34,876 bases of DNA from a virus. Location: UHGV virus genome UHGV-0134942; one strand, given 5' to 3'. Position numbers and translations under genes: made by a program. Below the pieces are notes generated by a model. The model ran no database searches. It was given only the letters and a program-made list of their open reading frames with translations, and was not told the DNA's origin. Position 1 is the stretch's first letter, and each line of letters begins with the position of its first letter. This document shows positions 8,541 through 18,363 of the stretch, in pieces.

Positions 8541-11500
8541 ATGAATGACGTTACAGTTGTCACATCGGTTACTTACCCATCACCCGAGTCGTTGGCTCTG
8601 GTGGCTGATGTGCAATACCACGAACCATATCTGTCAGCCGCGCTAAACCGAAAATTCAGGGGGATTGTTGACCCGGGATTTTATGCCGGTTTCTTACCTA
8701 AGCCTGGCGGTGGGATGAACCTGTTAATCACCTCAGTGGATGGTGATAAAACCGCAGGCGCGGCGTCGGTGGATATTGGTGAATTCTACCAGGTAACTAT
8801 TCAGCAACGTAAGGATATTTCTCTTGCACTTAGTGCAGGCAAGAAATATGCAATTGTGCTGAAGGGAAGATACCTCCTTGGAGAAGATACCTATCAGGTG
8901 AATACCGCGTCACATATTCATGCGGCTGAATTTGTTTCCAGAACCTATACCGATTCATATCAGTTAGGAGATGGGGAGCTGCTTGTTTGTACGGTGAATA
9001 TCCCTGCTGGTGTATCTGCCATTACCCAGGAGATGATTGATACATCCAAGCGTATCAACCGCACGATCGGCATTGATATTTCAGACTCTGTAACCAGTAC
9101 CAGAAGTGATGTTGCTGCGAGTTCGCTGGCAGTTAAAAAAGCCTACGATCTGGCTAAAAGCAAGTATACGGCGCAGGATGCAAGCACAACACAAAAGGGA
9201 TTAGTTCAGCTCAGTAGCGCAACTAACAGCGACAGCGAAACAATGGCGGCTACCCCTAAAGCCGTTAAGTCTGTAAAAGAGCTGGCTGATACCAAAGCGC
9301 CAATAGAAAGCCCGAGTCTGACAGGAACGCCAACCGCGCCGACGGCAGCGCAAGGTACAAACAGCACGCAGATCGCAAATACAGCCTTTGTTAAGGCAGC
9401 TATAACGGCACTTATCAACGGTGCACCTGGCACACTGGATACGCTTAAAGAAATAGCTGCTGCGATCAATAACGACCCGAATTTCAGCACAACTATCAAC
9501 AATGCTCTGGCTCTTAAAGCTCCTTTAGCAAGTCCTGCATTAACGGGAATACCTACTGCGCCTACCGCTGCACAGGGTACGAATAACACGCAGATTGCTA
9601 CGACCGCTTATGTAAGAGCTGCTATCTCTGCATTGGTCGGCTCATCACCTGAAGCTCTTGATACTCTGAATGAGCTTGCAGCAGCACTGGGCAATGACCC
9701 GAACTTTGCGACAACAATGACAAATGCGCTGGCAGGCAAACAGCCTCTGGATGCAACTTTAACCGCGCTCGCTGCCCTTGCGACTGGTGCAAACAAACTG
9801 CCTTATTTCACTGGTAAGGATACGGTAGCGCAGACTGATTTAACGTCAGTCGGTCGCGATATTCTGGCTAAAACAAGCACACTGGCCGTTATCCAATACC
9901 TTGGTTTAAGAGAACTCGGTACCAGCGGTGAAAAGATCCCCCTGTTGAGCACGGCTAACACATGGAGTGCGCGCCAGACTTTCAACGGCGGGATCACCGG
10001 GGCGCTGACAGGGAACGCCGACACCGCGACGAAATTGAAAACAGCACGCACGATTGGCGGTGTGGCATTTGATGGCTCGGCCAATATCAATCTTCCAGGT
10101 GTAAATACAACAGGTAACCAGAACACCACGGGGAATGCTGCTACCGCGACAAAACTTGCGACGGCAAGAAACATCAACGGTGTTAAGTTTGATGGCTCAG
10201 GCGATATCAACATTAATACATTGGTATCTCGTGGCCGAGTTACGGCGTTAAGCGGCTCTACTCAAGGCACTGCTGGCATTCAAATGTACGAGGCGTACAA
10301 CAATAGCTACCCGACCACGTATGGCAACGTATTGCACATGAAAGGTGCGAGTGCTGCTGGTGAGGGCGAGTTGCTTATTGGCTGGAGTGGTACGAGCGGT
10401 GCACATGCGCCAGTTTTCATTCGCTCCCGAAGAGATAACACAGATGCGGCATGGTCTGAGTGGGCACAGGTCTATACATCGAAAGACTCCATACCGGGCG
10501 TAAATACAACGGGCAACCAGAACACAACAGGAAATGCGGCGTCTGCCACGAAATTACAAACGGCAAGAACCATTGGTGGCGTTTCATTTAATGGTACCGC
10601 AAACATCGACCTGCCAGGTGTGAATAAAACAGGTAATCAGAGCACTACTGGCAATGCTGCAACTGCAACAAAACTGCAAACAGCACGCACAATAGGCGGC
10701 GTATCATTCGATGGCTCCGCCAATATCAATCTGCCGGGTGTAAACATTGCTGGTAACCAGAACACAACCGGTAATGCAGCTACGGCTACCAAATTGCTAA
10801 CAGCGCGTACCATTAATGGGGTTTCATTTGACGGTTCTGCGAATATTTCACTGTCACCAGCAAATATTGGTTGCCCGGCATCTCCTACTGGTTGGCTTGT
10901 AACAGGTGATAATGGAGCTTCAATAACAACAGAGCAATTAGTGACTCTGCTACGAGATAATGGTGCTTTTAATGCAAAGGCATGGATAGCGCGTTGTGCC
11001 TGGGCGTATGCAAATAGTGCATCCATACCAGACAGCGAAACAGGATGCGGCATTATTCCACTGGCTGGCGCAGTTATTGAGGTATTTAATAACGGCAGTA
11101 GCTCAAACAATTATACGATTCGTATAACAACGGCAACAACGACAGGTGTCTCTGGCGCACTCACTAATGCGGAGTTTGTCTATGTGTTTAACGGGACGAG
11201 CTATTCACCAGGATGGCGCAGAGCGTATAACACTAAAAACAAGCCTACTGCGGCTGATGTCGGAGCTTTACCACTATCTGGAGGAGCGTTAACTGGCGGA
11301 TTAACTGCTGCTGGCGAGATTATTTCCAAATCGGCGAATGGTCTGCGCATTGCCTACGGAAACTACGGATTCTTTATCCGAAACGATGGTTCAAACACAT
11401 ATTTCATGTTGACCGATTCGGATAACAGCCTAGGAACCTATAATAGGTTAAGGCCGCTTATCATTAACAATGCCAATGGTGCTGTTACGATCGGTAATGG

Positions 11501-12560
11501 ACTCAATGTTACTGGCGGCATCAATGGTAGTTTGAACGGTAATGCTGCAACTGCTACAAAACTTCAGACTGCAAGAAAAATATCCGGTGTTCCATTTGAT
11601 GGTTCTACTGATATCACTTTAACCGCCGCGCATGTGGCTGCTTTTGCCAGAAGGGCAACGGATACATATGCCGATGCGGATGGTGGCGTTCCCTGGAATG
11701 CCGAATCAGGCGCTTACAATGTCACCCGCTCTGGCGACAGCTATATTCTGGTTAACTTCTATACCGGAGTCGGAAGTTGCCGGACATTGCAGATGAAGGC
11801 GCATTACAGAAATGGTGGTCTGTTCTACCGTTCTTCAAGAGACGGTTATGGTTTTGAAGAAGACTGGGCAGAAGTTTATACCTCGAAAAATCTTCCACCA
11901 GAAAGCTACCCAGTCGGCGCACCAATCCCGTGGCCATCAGATACCGTTCCGTCTGGTTATGCCCTGATGCAGGGGCAGACTTTTGACAAATCTGCTTACC
12001 CGAAACTTGCAGCCGCTTATCCGTCAGGCGTGATCCCTGATATGCGTGGCTGGACGATTAAGGGCAAACCTGCCAGTGGTCGTGCCGTATTGTCTCAGGA
12101 ACAGGACGGCATTAAATCGCACACCCACAGCGCCAGCGCATCCAGTACGGATTTGGGGACGAAAACCACATCGTCGTTTGATTACGGTACTAAACCAACG
12201 AATAACACAGGTGCACATACCCACAATGTATCTGGTACTGCAAATAGTGCTGGCGCACATACTCATACCGTTCCATTAAGGAGACCAAACAGTGGAGGTA
12301 TGAATTTCGACTGGCTTGATGGTTCATCAAGTGGCACGGTCGTGGGGAATGGAACAGTGCCTTCTTCTGGTGCACACACCCACTCAGTATCAGGCACTGC
12401 TGCAAGTGCAGGGGCGCATGCACATACAGTTGGTATTGGCGCTCATACGCACTCTGTTGCGATTGGTTCACATGGACATACCATCACCGTTAATGCTGCT
12501 GGTAACGCGGAAAACACCGTTAAAAACATCGCATTTAATTATATTGTGAGGCTTGCATAA
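8541..12560 (+). CDS. S: Tail fibre protein (1339 aa) with internal tandem repeats and a His-rich C-terminal tip
   Basis: Track ORF 8454..12560; the likely start is the ATG at 8541 ([15 protein letters not shown] Shine-Dalgarno upstream, just after the R stop). Two ~74-aa repeats ([26 protein letters not shown]…), at least five copies of a ~40-aa unit ([40 protein letters not shown]), and C-terminal GAHTH/HxH repeats. Confidence 0.85.
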   Translation: MNDVTVVTSVTYPSPESLALVADVQYHEPYLSAALNRKFRGIVDPGFYAGFLPKPGGGMNLLITSVDGDKTAGAASVDIGEFYQVTIQQRKDISLALSAGKKYAIVLKGRYLLGEDTYQVNTASHIHAAEFVSRTYTDSYQLGDGELLVCTVNIPAGVSAITQEMIDTSKRINRTIGIDISDSVTSTRSDVAASSLAVKKAYDLAKSKYTAQDASTTQKGLVQLSSATNSDSETMAATPKAVKSVKELADTKAPIESPSLTGTPTAPTAAQGTNSTQIANTAFVKAAITALINGAPGTLDTLKEIAAAINNDPNFSTTINNALALKAPLASPALTGIPTAPTAAQGTNNTQIATTAYVRAAISALVGSSPEALDTLNELAAALGNDPNFATTMTNALAGKQPLDATLTALAALATGANKLPYFTGKDTVAQTDLTSVGRDILAKTSTLAVIQYLGLRELGTSGEKIPLLSTANTWSARQTFNGGITGALTGNADTATKLKTARTIGGVAFDGSANINLPGVNTTGNQNTTGNAATATKLATARNINGVKFDGSGDININTLVSRGRVTALSGSTQGTAGIQMYEAYNNSYPTTYGNVLHMKGASAAGEGELLIGWSGTSGAHAPVFIRSRRDNTDAAWSEWAQVYTSKDSIPGVNTTGNQNTTGNAASATKLQTARTIGGVSFNGTANIDLPGVNKTGNQSTTGNAATATKLQTARTIGGVSFDGSANINLPGVNIAGNQNTTGNAATATKLLTARTINGVSFDGSANISLSPANIGCPASPTGWLVTGDNGASITTEQLVTLLRDNGAFNAKAWIARCAWAYANSASIPDSETGCGIIPLAGAVIEVFNNGSSSNNYTIRITTATTTGVSGALTNAEFVYVFNGTSYSPGWRRAYNTKNKPTAADVGALPLSGGALTGGLTAAGEIISKSANGLRIAYGNYGFFIRNDGSNTYFMLTDSDNSLGTYNRLRPLIINNANGAVTIGNGLNVTGGINGSLNGNAATATKLQTARKISGVPFDGSTDITLTAAHVAAFARRATDTYADADGGVPWNAESGAYNVTRSGDSYILVNFYTGVGSCRTLQMKAHYRNGGLFYRSSRDGYGFEEDWAEVYTSKNLPPESYPVGAPIPWPSDTVPSGYALMQGQTFDKSAYPKLAAAYPSGVIPDMRGWTIKGKPASGRAVLSQEQDGIKSHTHSASASSTDLGTKTTSSFDYGTKPTNNTGAHTHNVSGTANSAGAHTHTVPLRRPNSGGMNFDWLDGSSSGTVVGNGTVPSSGAHTHSVSGTAASAGAHAHTVGIGAHTHSVAIGSHGHTITVNAAGNAENTVKNIAFNYIVRLA
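9300..9760 (+). repeat. Two ~222-bp in-frame tandem repeats inside the tail fibre gene (phage-fibre repeat)
   Basis: Protein repeats [63 protein letters not shown] and [63 protein letters not shown]. Confidence 0.7.
10006..10860 (+). repeat. Array of ~120-bp in-frame tandem repeats inside the tail fibre gene
   Basis: Recurrent unit [10 protein letters not shown](Q/A/L)TART/NIxGVxFDGSANIxLPGVNxxGNQ(N/S)TT; a further copy lies near 11527-11625. Confidence 0.7.
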
Positions 12561-13177
12561 TGGCATTCAGAATGAGTGAACAATCACGTACAGTAAAAAT
12601 TTATAACCTGCTGGCCGGAACTAATGAGTTTATTGGTGAAGATGACGCATATATTCCACCTCATACAGGGCTGCCAGCTAATTCTACAGATATCGCCCCA
12701 CCGGAAATTCCTACTGGCTTTGTGGCAGTTTTCAACAGTGAAAATGAATCGTGGAATATTGTTGAAGACCATCGTGGTAAAACGGTCTATGAGGTGGCAT
12801 CGGGGGACGCGTTGTTTATTTCTGAACCCGGACCGCTACCAGAGAATGTCACCTGGTTGTCGCCAGCAGGGGAGTATCAGAAGTGGGACGGCGTATCCTG
12901 GGTGAAGGATGAGGAAGCAGAAAAACTGTTTCGGATACGGGAAGCGGAAGAGAAAAAGGCAAGGTTGATCCAGGAGGCAACAGATAACATCGCAATTCTG
13001 CAGGACGCAGTTAATCTTGAAATAGCAACAAACGAGGAAAATTCACAACTGGACTCCTGGAGAAAATACAGAGTATTAGTGAGTCGAATTGATACCAGTA
13101 CAGCTCCGGATATCGTATGGCCAGAGCTGATGAATCAGGGTTATGTGCGGGAGGACGAGCAGATAACTTCAGACTGA
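12560..13177 (+). CDS. U: Tail fibre assembly chaperone (Tfa/U-like, 205 aa)
   Basis: ATG overlaps the S stop (TAATG); size and position typical of tail fibre assembly proteins; conserved W-KYR-like C-terminal segment ([14 protein letters not shown]). Confidence 0.75.
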   Translation: MAFRMSEQSRTVKIYNLLAGTNEFIGEDDAYIPPHTGLPANSTDIAPPEIPTGFVAVFNSENESWNIVEDHRGKTVYEVASGDALFISEPGPLPENVTWLSPAGEYQKWDGVSWVKDEEAEKLFRIREAEEKKARLIQEATDNIAILQDAVNLEIATNEENSQLDSWRKYRVLVSRIDTSTAPDIVWPELMNQGYVREDEQITSD

Positions 13178-13704
13178 AATTTAGTGATGAATGTTGAATC
13201 ATCAGGAATATCATGCAATACCAATGCATGAGCACCTATTGTGACATTGTTTCCTATACGCACTTTGCCACCAAGAATGGTGGCATTACAACCAATGGTC
13301 ACATTATCTCCTATAACAATATCCATGTCATTAAATTCCCCGCGAAGTCCAATAGTTACTCCGGGCTTAATTGAACAATTTTCACCGATTGTGACTTTGT
13401 GAGCGATAACAACGCCATTGAGATAAGATATGTCAAACCCTTTCCCTATATTTACCGTTAAGGGAACGGTTACATTGTATTTGTCAAGAATGAAGCGTTC
13501 TATTTTCCCTGCAACCTTTCGCCTGTATCCGCCTTTATCAAAAAGATATTTTGATATGCGCCACCAAAATAAATAACGAACTCTTCTATGTTTTATTGCG
13601 CGAACAATTGCTTTTCGCCAAGAGAAAGGACGCTCGCTACCAATTACTTCATAGTGAATACAGTCTTTAAGTTCATTAATAGTCATATTTCTATTGTTCA
13701 GCAT
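13141..13704 (-). CDS. Hexapeptide-repeat (left-handed beta-helix) acetyltransferase, AT-rich; possible moron (187 aa)
   Basis: Imperfect hexapeptide repeats ([16 protein letters not shown]…[34 protein letters not shown]). Markedly lower GC than the flanking phage genes. Converges on U and overlaps its 3' end by 37 bp. Confidence 0.7.
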   Translation of the reverse strand: MLNNRNMTINELKDCIHYEVIGSERPFSWRKAIVRAIKHRRVRYLFWWRISKYLFDKGGYRRKVAGKIERFILDKYNVTVPLTVNIGKGFDISYLNGVVIAHKVTIGENCSIKPGVTIGLRGEFNDMDIVIGDNVTIGCNATILGGKVRIGNNVTIGAHALVLHDIPDDSTFITKFQSEVICSSSRT

Positions 13705-13769
13705 AATATAATAATGTGACCAATTATTATAATAACTTTAATGGATTATTTCTACTGATTATCCAGTGT

Positions 13770-14700
13770 GTCTGGCGGTTTTCGGTATTATCTGCCGGAA
13801 CCATGCCTCATCCAGCGGGTATTTGCTGCCTGGGTTGTCCGGTTTTTCGGTCACTCCCTCAGGCCTCCGATTCTGGTCACGGCGGGTTTGTTATTTTCCA
13901 GTGCGTCGGATGACCACTGCCGCAACTTCTGCACCATTTTTTGGGAGCGGGATTTCACTCCTACGCAACCTGCGCTTTTTGTGCAGCCTGTTTTGCGTGC
14001 TATCCCGGATTTTTGAGTTTCATTCTGCCTCCATGATCCTATCAGGGACGACACCAATCCACTTAAGCACGATGCCAAGACCATCAAGGAGCTGCGTCAG
14101 AGGCCCAGCACAATGTTCTGCTTGATCGGCATAGGGGGGAGCACAAGGGCTGCGCCCCTGCCACACCACCCGGCATGCGGGTCCGTACCGGGCTTCCTCG
14201 GCTTCTGACGCAATGTCCTGTCAAGAGTCATATCTTCTGGCTTTCCTTCTCGTTCGGCCCTTCGTCGGAGTCCTGACTACTACGGCCTCTGCTGACTTCT
14301 CGCTCCGTCTTACGACGTTGCCCTTTCAGGCATGAGGCGAGAACTCCCCAGGTAAGAACGCGATCCTTCCCCGCACAACCGTCGGATCTGCGCGACTTCG
14401 ACTTGACCACGAAAGCTTCGCAGTGATGTGCCTGCTCGCCTTGCTCCATCGCGCCTCATATCCGATTCTCGTTCATCGGCTCACGGGTTCATTCCGTGCT
14501 TCCTCCCCACGCCCGGTCGCCCTCACGCAGTTGCACTTCATTTCGCTCGCTGTGGTCAGCTCGCGGGAGGGCTTTCACCTCCAAGATCGCGCCCATGCTG
14601 GGCGCACACATCCTCCACGCTCTAAAGGACGTGGAGGATGTCAAGCAACATGACCGGTTGAGAAGTTACTTTGCATACCATTACCTCCTGACAACGTAGG
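13770..14700. other. ~0.9 kb GC-rich, strand-skewed block (pyrimidine-rich on +) without a convincing ORF; candidate structured RNA, long leader or decayed gene
   Basis: All six frames give only short overlapping Pro/Ser/Arg-rich ORFs of 60-120 aa. Contains perfect hairpins at 14589-14605, 14609-14640 and 14684-14703. Lies where P1 carries cin and the invertible C-segment. Confidence 0.4.
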
Positions 14701-14703
14701 AGG
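14684..14703 (+). promoter_or_regulatory. Hairpin pairing the lydA Shine-Dalgarno (AGGAGG) with an upstream CCUCCU
   Basis: CCTCCT(14684-14689), 8-nt loop, AGGAGG(14698-14703); GTG start of the holin-like gene at 14710. Confidence 0.4.
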
Positions 14704-14709
14704 GAACTT

Positions 14710-15039
14710 GTGCTTGACACACAGGAATTAGCTCCAGTTGCTATTGCGCTCCTGCTTTCAGTAATTGGTGGGATAGGCACGTTCCTGATGGATGTCCGAG
14801 ATGGTCGCCAGTCTGGCAATTTGTTGGGATTGGTTACGGAGATCTTTGTTGCAGTGACAGCTGGCGCGGTGGCGTACCTATTGGGGCAACACGAGGGCTG
14901 GGAGTTATCAATTACGTACTTAATGGTAACGATAGCCAGCAATAACGGTCATGAGGTGATTTCAGGGATGAAACGAGTGAATATCGATAGCATTCTGAAT
15001 GTTCTTACAAGTTTGGTGAAAAAGGGAGGTGGGAAATGA
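14710..15039 (+). CDS. lydA: Holin-like membrane protein (109 aa)
   Basis: GTG start with AGGAGG Shine-Dalgarno; hydrophobic helices (LAPVAIALLLSVIGGIGTFLM and EIFVAVTAGAVAYLLG); first gene of the hdf-darA operon, as P1 lydA. Name by synteny. Confidence 0.55.
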   Translation: MLDTQELAPVAIALLLSVIGGIGTFLMDVRDGRQSGNLLGLVTEIFVAVTAGAVAYLLGQHEGWELSITYLMVTIASNNGHEVISGMKRVNIDSILNVLTSLVKKGGGK

Positions 15040-15479
15040 TTGGCTGGGGTGTATGCGTTCTTGCGTTAGCCTTAGCCGATCGCTATTTGCTAAAACGCAA
15101 GGACATCACGCATTTAGAACTTGGTGATGTGGAAGTTAAACAGGGCTTCATCCGGGTGCCGTTCAAATACCGGTCTAAATTCCCGTTTTTGCGCGGCGCA
15201 ACGGTCAGATATTGGATCCGCGATGTTCAGAAGCCAACGACAGTGATTGAAGGCGAACAACGTTGTCTGACGTCGGCTGAACAGGGCGAAAACAGTGAAT
15301 GGTTGTACATACCCACTGAATATATGGGTAAAGGAGAACGGCTGTGGCATTTCAACGTCATGGTTACGCATGGTGACTCGTTCATTAACCCGTTGTATCG
15401 GATTTTCCCTGTTACTCAGCAAATCCGCAGAAGTTACGTAATAAATCTCGCACAGGATGTGTCAGATGACGAAAAATAA
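15036..15479 (+). CDS. lydB: LydB-like lysis regulator (antiholin-like, 147 aa)
   Basis: ATGA overlap with lydA; N-terminal hydrophobic segment. Name by synteny. Confidence 0.5.
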   Translation: MIGWGVCVLALALADRYLLKRKDITHLELGDVEVKQGFIRVPFKYRSKFPFLRGATVRYWIRDVQKPTTVIEGEQRCLTSAEQGENSEWLYIPTEYMGKGERLWHFNVMVTHGDSFINPLYRIFPVTQQIRRSYVINLAQDVSDDEK

Positions 15480-16068
15480 GTATGCAACGGTCGATTTTGA
15501 CCAGGTTAATGAAAAGGGGCTGAAATCCCTTATCGCGGCGATCAATAAAACCGGGGTTACGGTAATTGAGGTTGACTCCAGCAACCGCGCAACAACGAAA
15601 GATGGCGTTAAAGTTAAAACCGCAAAGCTGGTTCTTAACGACGGACAAATTCTTGCCATACAGGTAAACGATACTGGCGATATATCGTCTGTGAAACTGA
15701 ATGGAAAAGCTATTCCTAACGCTCAGTCGCCGGATATCAAGACGCTTGGTACCGTCATGGGACAGGCGGCCCGCAAAAACTCCGCAAAATTCCAGAAATC
15801 ACTGATCGCCAAAGCGAAGCGTGTTGCCAATCCGGTAGACAAGAAACCGGCAGTTAAATCCAACTTTCAGCGCCTGCAAGAAGCAAAACAGCGGAATGCT
15901 CAGGTGGTTGCCGCTTATAAGTCCGCGCAGAATTCGGTGTCTTTCAATCAACAGCAGATCACTGATTTGCGGGCGAAGCTGGATAAGGAGACAGGCCGAC
16001 TCAATAACGAAAAGGCCCGAAATGGCGAACTCAAACGCCGTCTTAAGCAACTGAAAGCAGGAAATTAA
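15457..16068 (+). CDS. hdf: Hdf-like protein (homologue of a DarA fragment, 203 aa)
   Basis: Shares a segment with the downstream 639-aa protein (…KNSAKFQ…, and GQILAIQVNDTGD versus GQTISILFHSPTAE). Position upstream of darA as in P1. Confidence 0.55.
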   Translation: MCQMTKNKYATVDFDQVNEKGLKSLIAAINKTGVTVIEVDSSNRATTKDGVKVKTAKLVLNDGQILAIQVNDTGDISSVKLNGKAIPNAQSPDIKTLGTVMGQAARKNSAKFQKSLIAKAKRVANPVDKKPAVKSNFQRLQEAKQRNAQVVAAYKSAQNSVSFNQQQITDLRAKLDKETGRLNNEKARNGELKRRLKQLKAGN

Positions 16069-16069
16069 C

Positions 16070-17989
16070 ATGGAGCAGTTCAATATCAATAAAGGGGTGA
16101 CGATCAAGCCTGGGCTTGACGTGCTTCCCCCGCCAGTGACTGATGATGAATATCGCGCATTAATGGCCGGTGAGGACCGCTATCTGATGACGGAATCCAA
16201 CACCCTGGAGGAAATCGAGGCTACGTTCTTCTATGACACGCCGATCCACTGGTGTGCTACGGATTTACTGGAGGCGATTAGTTCTACTCGTTTGCAGTTA
16301 CACCGGACCATGCAGGCATTTGTCCGGGCATTGAACCAGAAGCTGAATGGTACCGGAATCTCTGCGGGGAGTGATAAAACGGGGGATGTGGCCCAGAACG
16401 GCGCGCGCGCGATCGGCGGTGCTGAAATTGGCCGGGCACGGAACGTTAACGGGCTGCCGGTCCTGCCAGCCATTATTCCGCTCAGTGATGGTCAGACTAT
16501 CAGCATTCTGTTTCATAGCCCGACAGCGGAAAACCGGATCACCAATAGCGATACGCTGGTTGCTTTCCAGTTCTTACTGAATAAAAAAGACGTTACTCAC
16601 ACCGTTGCTCCGATGAGTGGACGTGATATGACGCTGGCGCAGGTCACCATGAAACTTGCCAACCTTGCAGAGAAAAACTCGGCAAAATTCCAGCGTGCGC
16701 AGAAGAAGAAAAAAGCCCTGGTTGATGAAATAACCCAACTACAGGCTGACAGTGACCAGAAAGAGGATGCCATGAGCGACCTCGCGGATCAGGTGGCAGT
16801 GGTAGAAGGGCAGAAGGCAGATCTGGAGCAGAAAATTAACGCGGTCGCCTCGGAAGCGGATTCTCTTTATGAAGAGAATGAGCGTTTGCAGGCGGAGATT
16901 GATCAGCTCAATCGAACAGGTGGGCGCGATACCATTGCTCCAGTGGCAATAACTGGTGGGCACTCACGCGCGTTGACGGATCGCCTTGCCAGTATCAAAA
17001 ATCGCATGCATATGGACGGTGAAGCGACGCTCAGTAATGGTGCATCAATGAAGCAATTCATTGGGGATGGCGAAGGGTATATCCAGTTAACCGATCCGGA
17101 TGGCAGCGTATACATGATCAAGGCTAAATCCATACAGGGTGTGGACATGGCAGATGCAATCGGCAAGCTGTTTAAAGCCTATAAAGCGGGTAATGTATCG
17201 GAATACCTGGTCCAACCAGAAGAACATAAACCGGAAAACGTCGAACCTGAACCAGCGGAGGATACCGGTAGCTCTTCGCCTGAACCAGAAGTCTCTGTAG
17301 GTGCATATCGATATGCCCTGCAAATGCGTCCGGCGGCCCCTGGCGCAATACCTGAAGGTAACAAAGCAATTCTGCCGCGCCCTGATGAAGGTGACCCGTA
17401 TTATGAATATGCACGCTACGGCATTGCTACTTACGATACCCCGCTTTCTGATCAGCAAATGAGTGAGTACGACCTGAAGTTATTGCCTCGCGAGGATTCT
17501 TTCGATTTCCTGGCGAAGACACTTACTAATGGTCCGTTTGGCAAATATGCACAAAAAGCTCTGGAGCTGGCCACCAGCTCACCAGACGAGTTCCGCGTAA
17601 TGCTGAAAACTCAGTTTCAAAAAACTTTCCCCAATATTGCGTTTCCTGGGGGCGCTGGCACCGAGAAAATGGTGCAGAGCATGATCAATGCATTGCAGGC
17701 CGAAGTCGGTGAGATTACTCAGCCAGAACCGGCCCCGGCACAGCCTGATGAAACGGTTAGCGAAGCAGATGCAGAGGCTAATAAAGCCATTGAATATCTC
17801 AATAACGTGATGGATATGCAAAGCACTGACATGGCGGAGATCCGTAACGCCCGGGGCAATGTCCGGGAAGCGATTGCAGCCCTTCAGGCTGCCGGACGTT
17901 TTGAGGAAAACGAAGAGCTGGTTAACGGCGCAGCTCGCCACCTGGCTGATCTGTTGGTAGCAATCCAGAAAGCGGGGGTAGCGGCATGA
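16070..17989 (+). CDS. darA: DarA-like internal head protein, anti-restriction (639 aa)
   Basis: Size and position match P1 DarA as recalled; central coiled-coil and acidic segments; AGGAAA Shine-Dalgarno before the ATG. Confidence 0.6.
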   Translation: MEQFNINKGVTIKPGLDVLPPPVTDDEYRALMAGEDRYLMTESNTLEEIEATFFYDTPIHWCATDLLEAISSTRLQLHRTMQAFVRALNQKLNGTGISAGSDKTGDVAQNGARAIGGAEIGRARNVNGLPVLPAIIPLSDGQTISILFHSPTAENRITNSDTLVAFQFLLNKKDVTHTVAPMSGRDMTLAQVTMKLANLAEKNSAKFQRAQKKKKALVDEITQLQADSDQKEDAMSDLADQVAVVEGQKADLEQKINAVASEADSLYEENERLQAEIDQLNRTGGRDTIAPVAITGGHSRALTDRLASIKNRMHMDGEATLSNGASMKQFIGDGEGYIQLTDPDGSVYMIKAKSIQGVDMADAIGKLFKAYKAGNVSEYLVQPEEHKPENVEPEPAEDTGSSSPEPEVSVGAYRYALQMRPAAPGAIPEGNKAILPRPDEGDPYYEYARYGIATYDTPLSDQQMSEYDLKLLPREDSFDFLAKTLTNGPFGKYAQKALELATSSPDEFRVMLKTQFQKTFPNIAFPGGAGTEKMVQSMINALQAEVGEITQPEPAPAQPDETVSEADAEANKAIEYLNNVMDMQSTDMAEIRNARGNVREAIAALQAAGRFEENEELVNGAARHLADLLVAIQKAGVAA

Positions 17990-18351
17990 CACTATCAGCT
18001 ATTGAGTTAATGGATCTCAGCGATAAGTTGGATGCTCTGATGTCCAAAGCGGCTACCGCGAGTGGTATGGAGTTGCTGGATATCAGCGATGAAATTGACC
18101 AGATCATGCAACAGATGGGGTACGGCGCGTCCGGCGGTGGTAGTGGCGAGGAAAAACAACCTTCGGAACATGATGGTGTGCCAAAACTGGTTGCTGATTT
18201 CCTGGCTGATAAATTCGTCGATCAGAGCACCGATGCATTTATCGGTACCTTGCAGGATTTGAGTCAATATGTTGGCACATACATCGACCTGGACCAGGTT
18301 AAACAGCACACGGCGGCATGGATAGCCGCCAACATTAAAGAGGCAGCATAA
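17986..18351 (+). CDS. ddrA: DdrA-like protein (121 aa, acidic)
   Basis: ATGA overlap with the darA stop; small acidic protein. Name by synteny. Confidence 0.45.
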   Translation: MTLSAIELMDLSDKLDALMSKAATASGMELLDISDEIDQIMQQMGYGASGGGSGEEKQPSEHDGVPKLVADFLADKFVDQSTDAFIGTLQDLSQYVGTYIDLDQVKQHTAAWIAANIKEAA

Positions 18352-18363
18352 GGCGTAACAGGG

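Noticed and set aside
9206-10213. Minus-strand ORFs of 62-136 aa lying antisense within the tail fibre gene
   Set aside because: Low-complexity Ala/Val/Pro-rich translations entirely inside a well-supported long CDS on the other strand; typical shadow ORFs.
13716-14700. Possibility that the GC-rich block is a remnant of cin or of an inverted Sv'/U' segment
   Set aside because: No frame on either strand translates to a serine-recombinase-like or tail-fibre-like sequence; kept only as an unassigned region.
8541-14700. Diversity-generating retroelement targeting the tail fibre
   Set aside because: No reverse transcriptase ORF anywhere nearby and no template repeat matching the 3' end of the tail fibre gene was seen.
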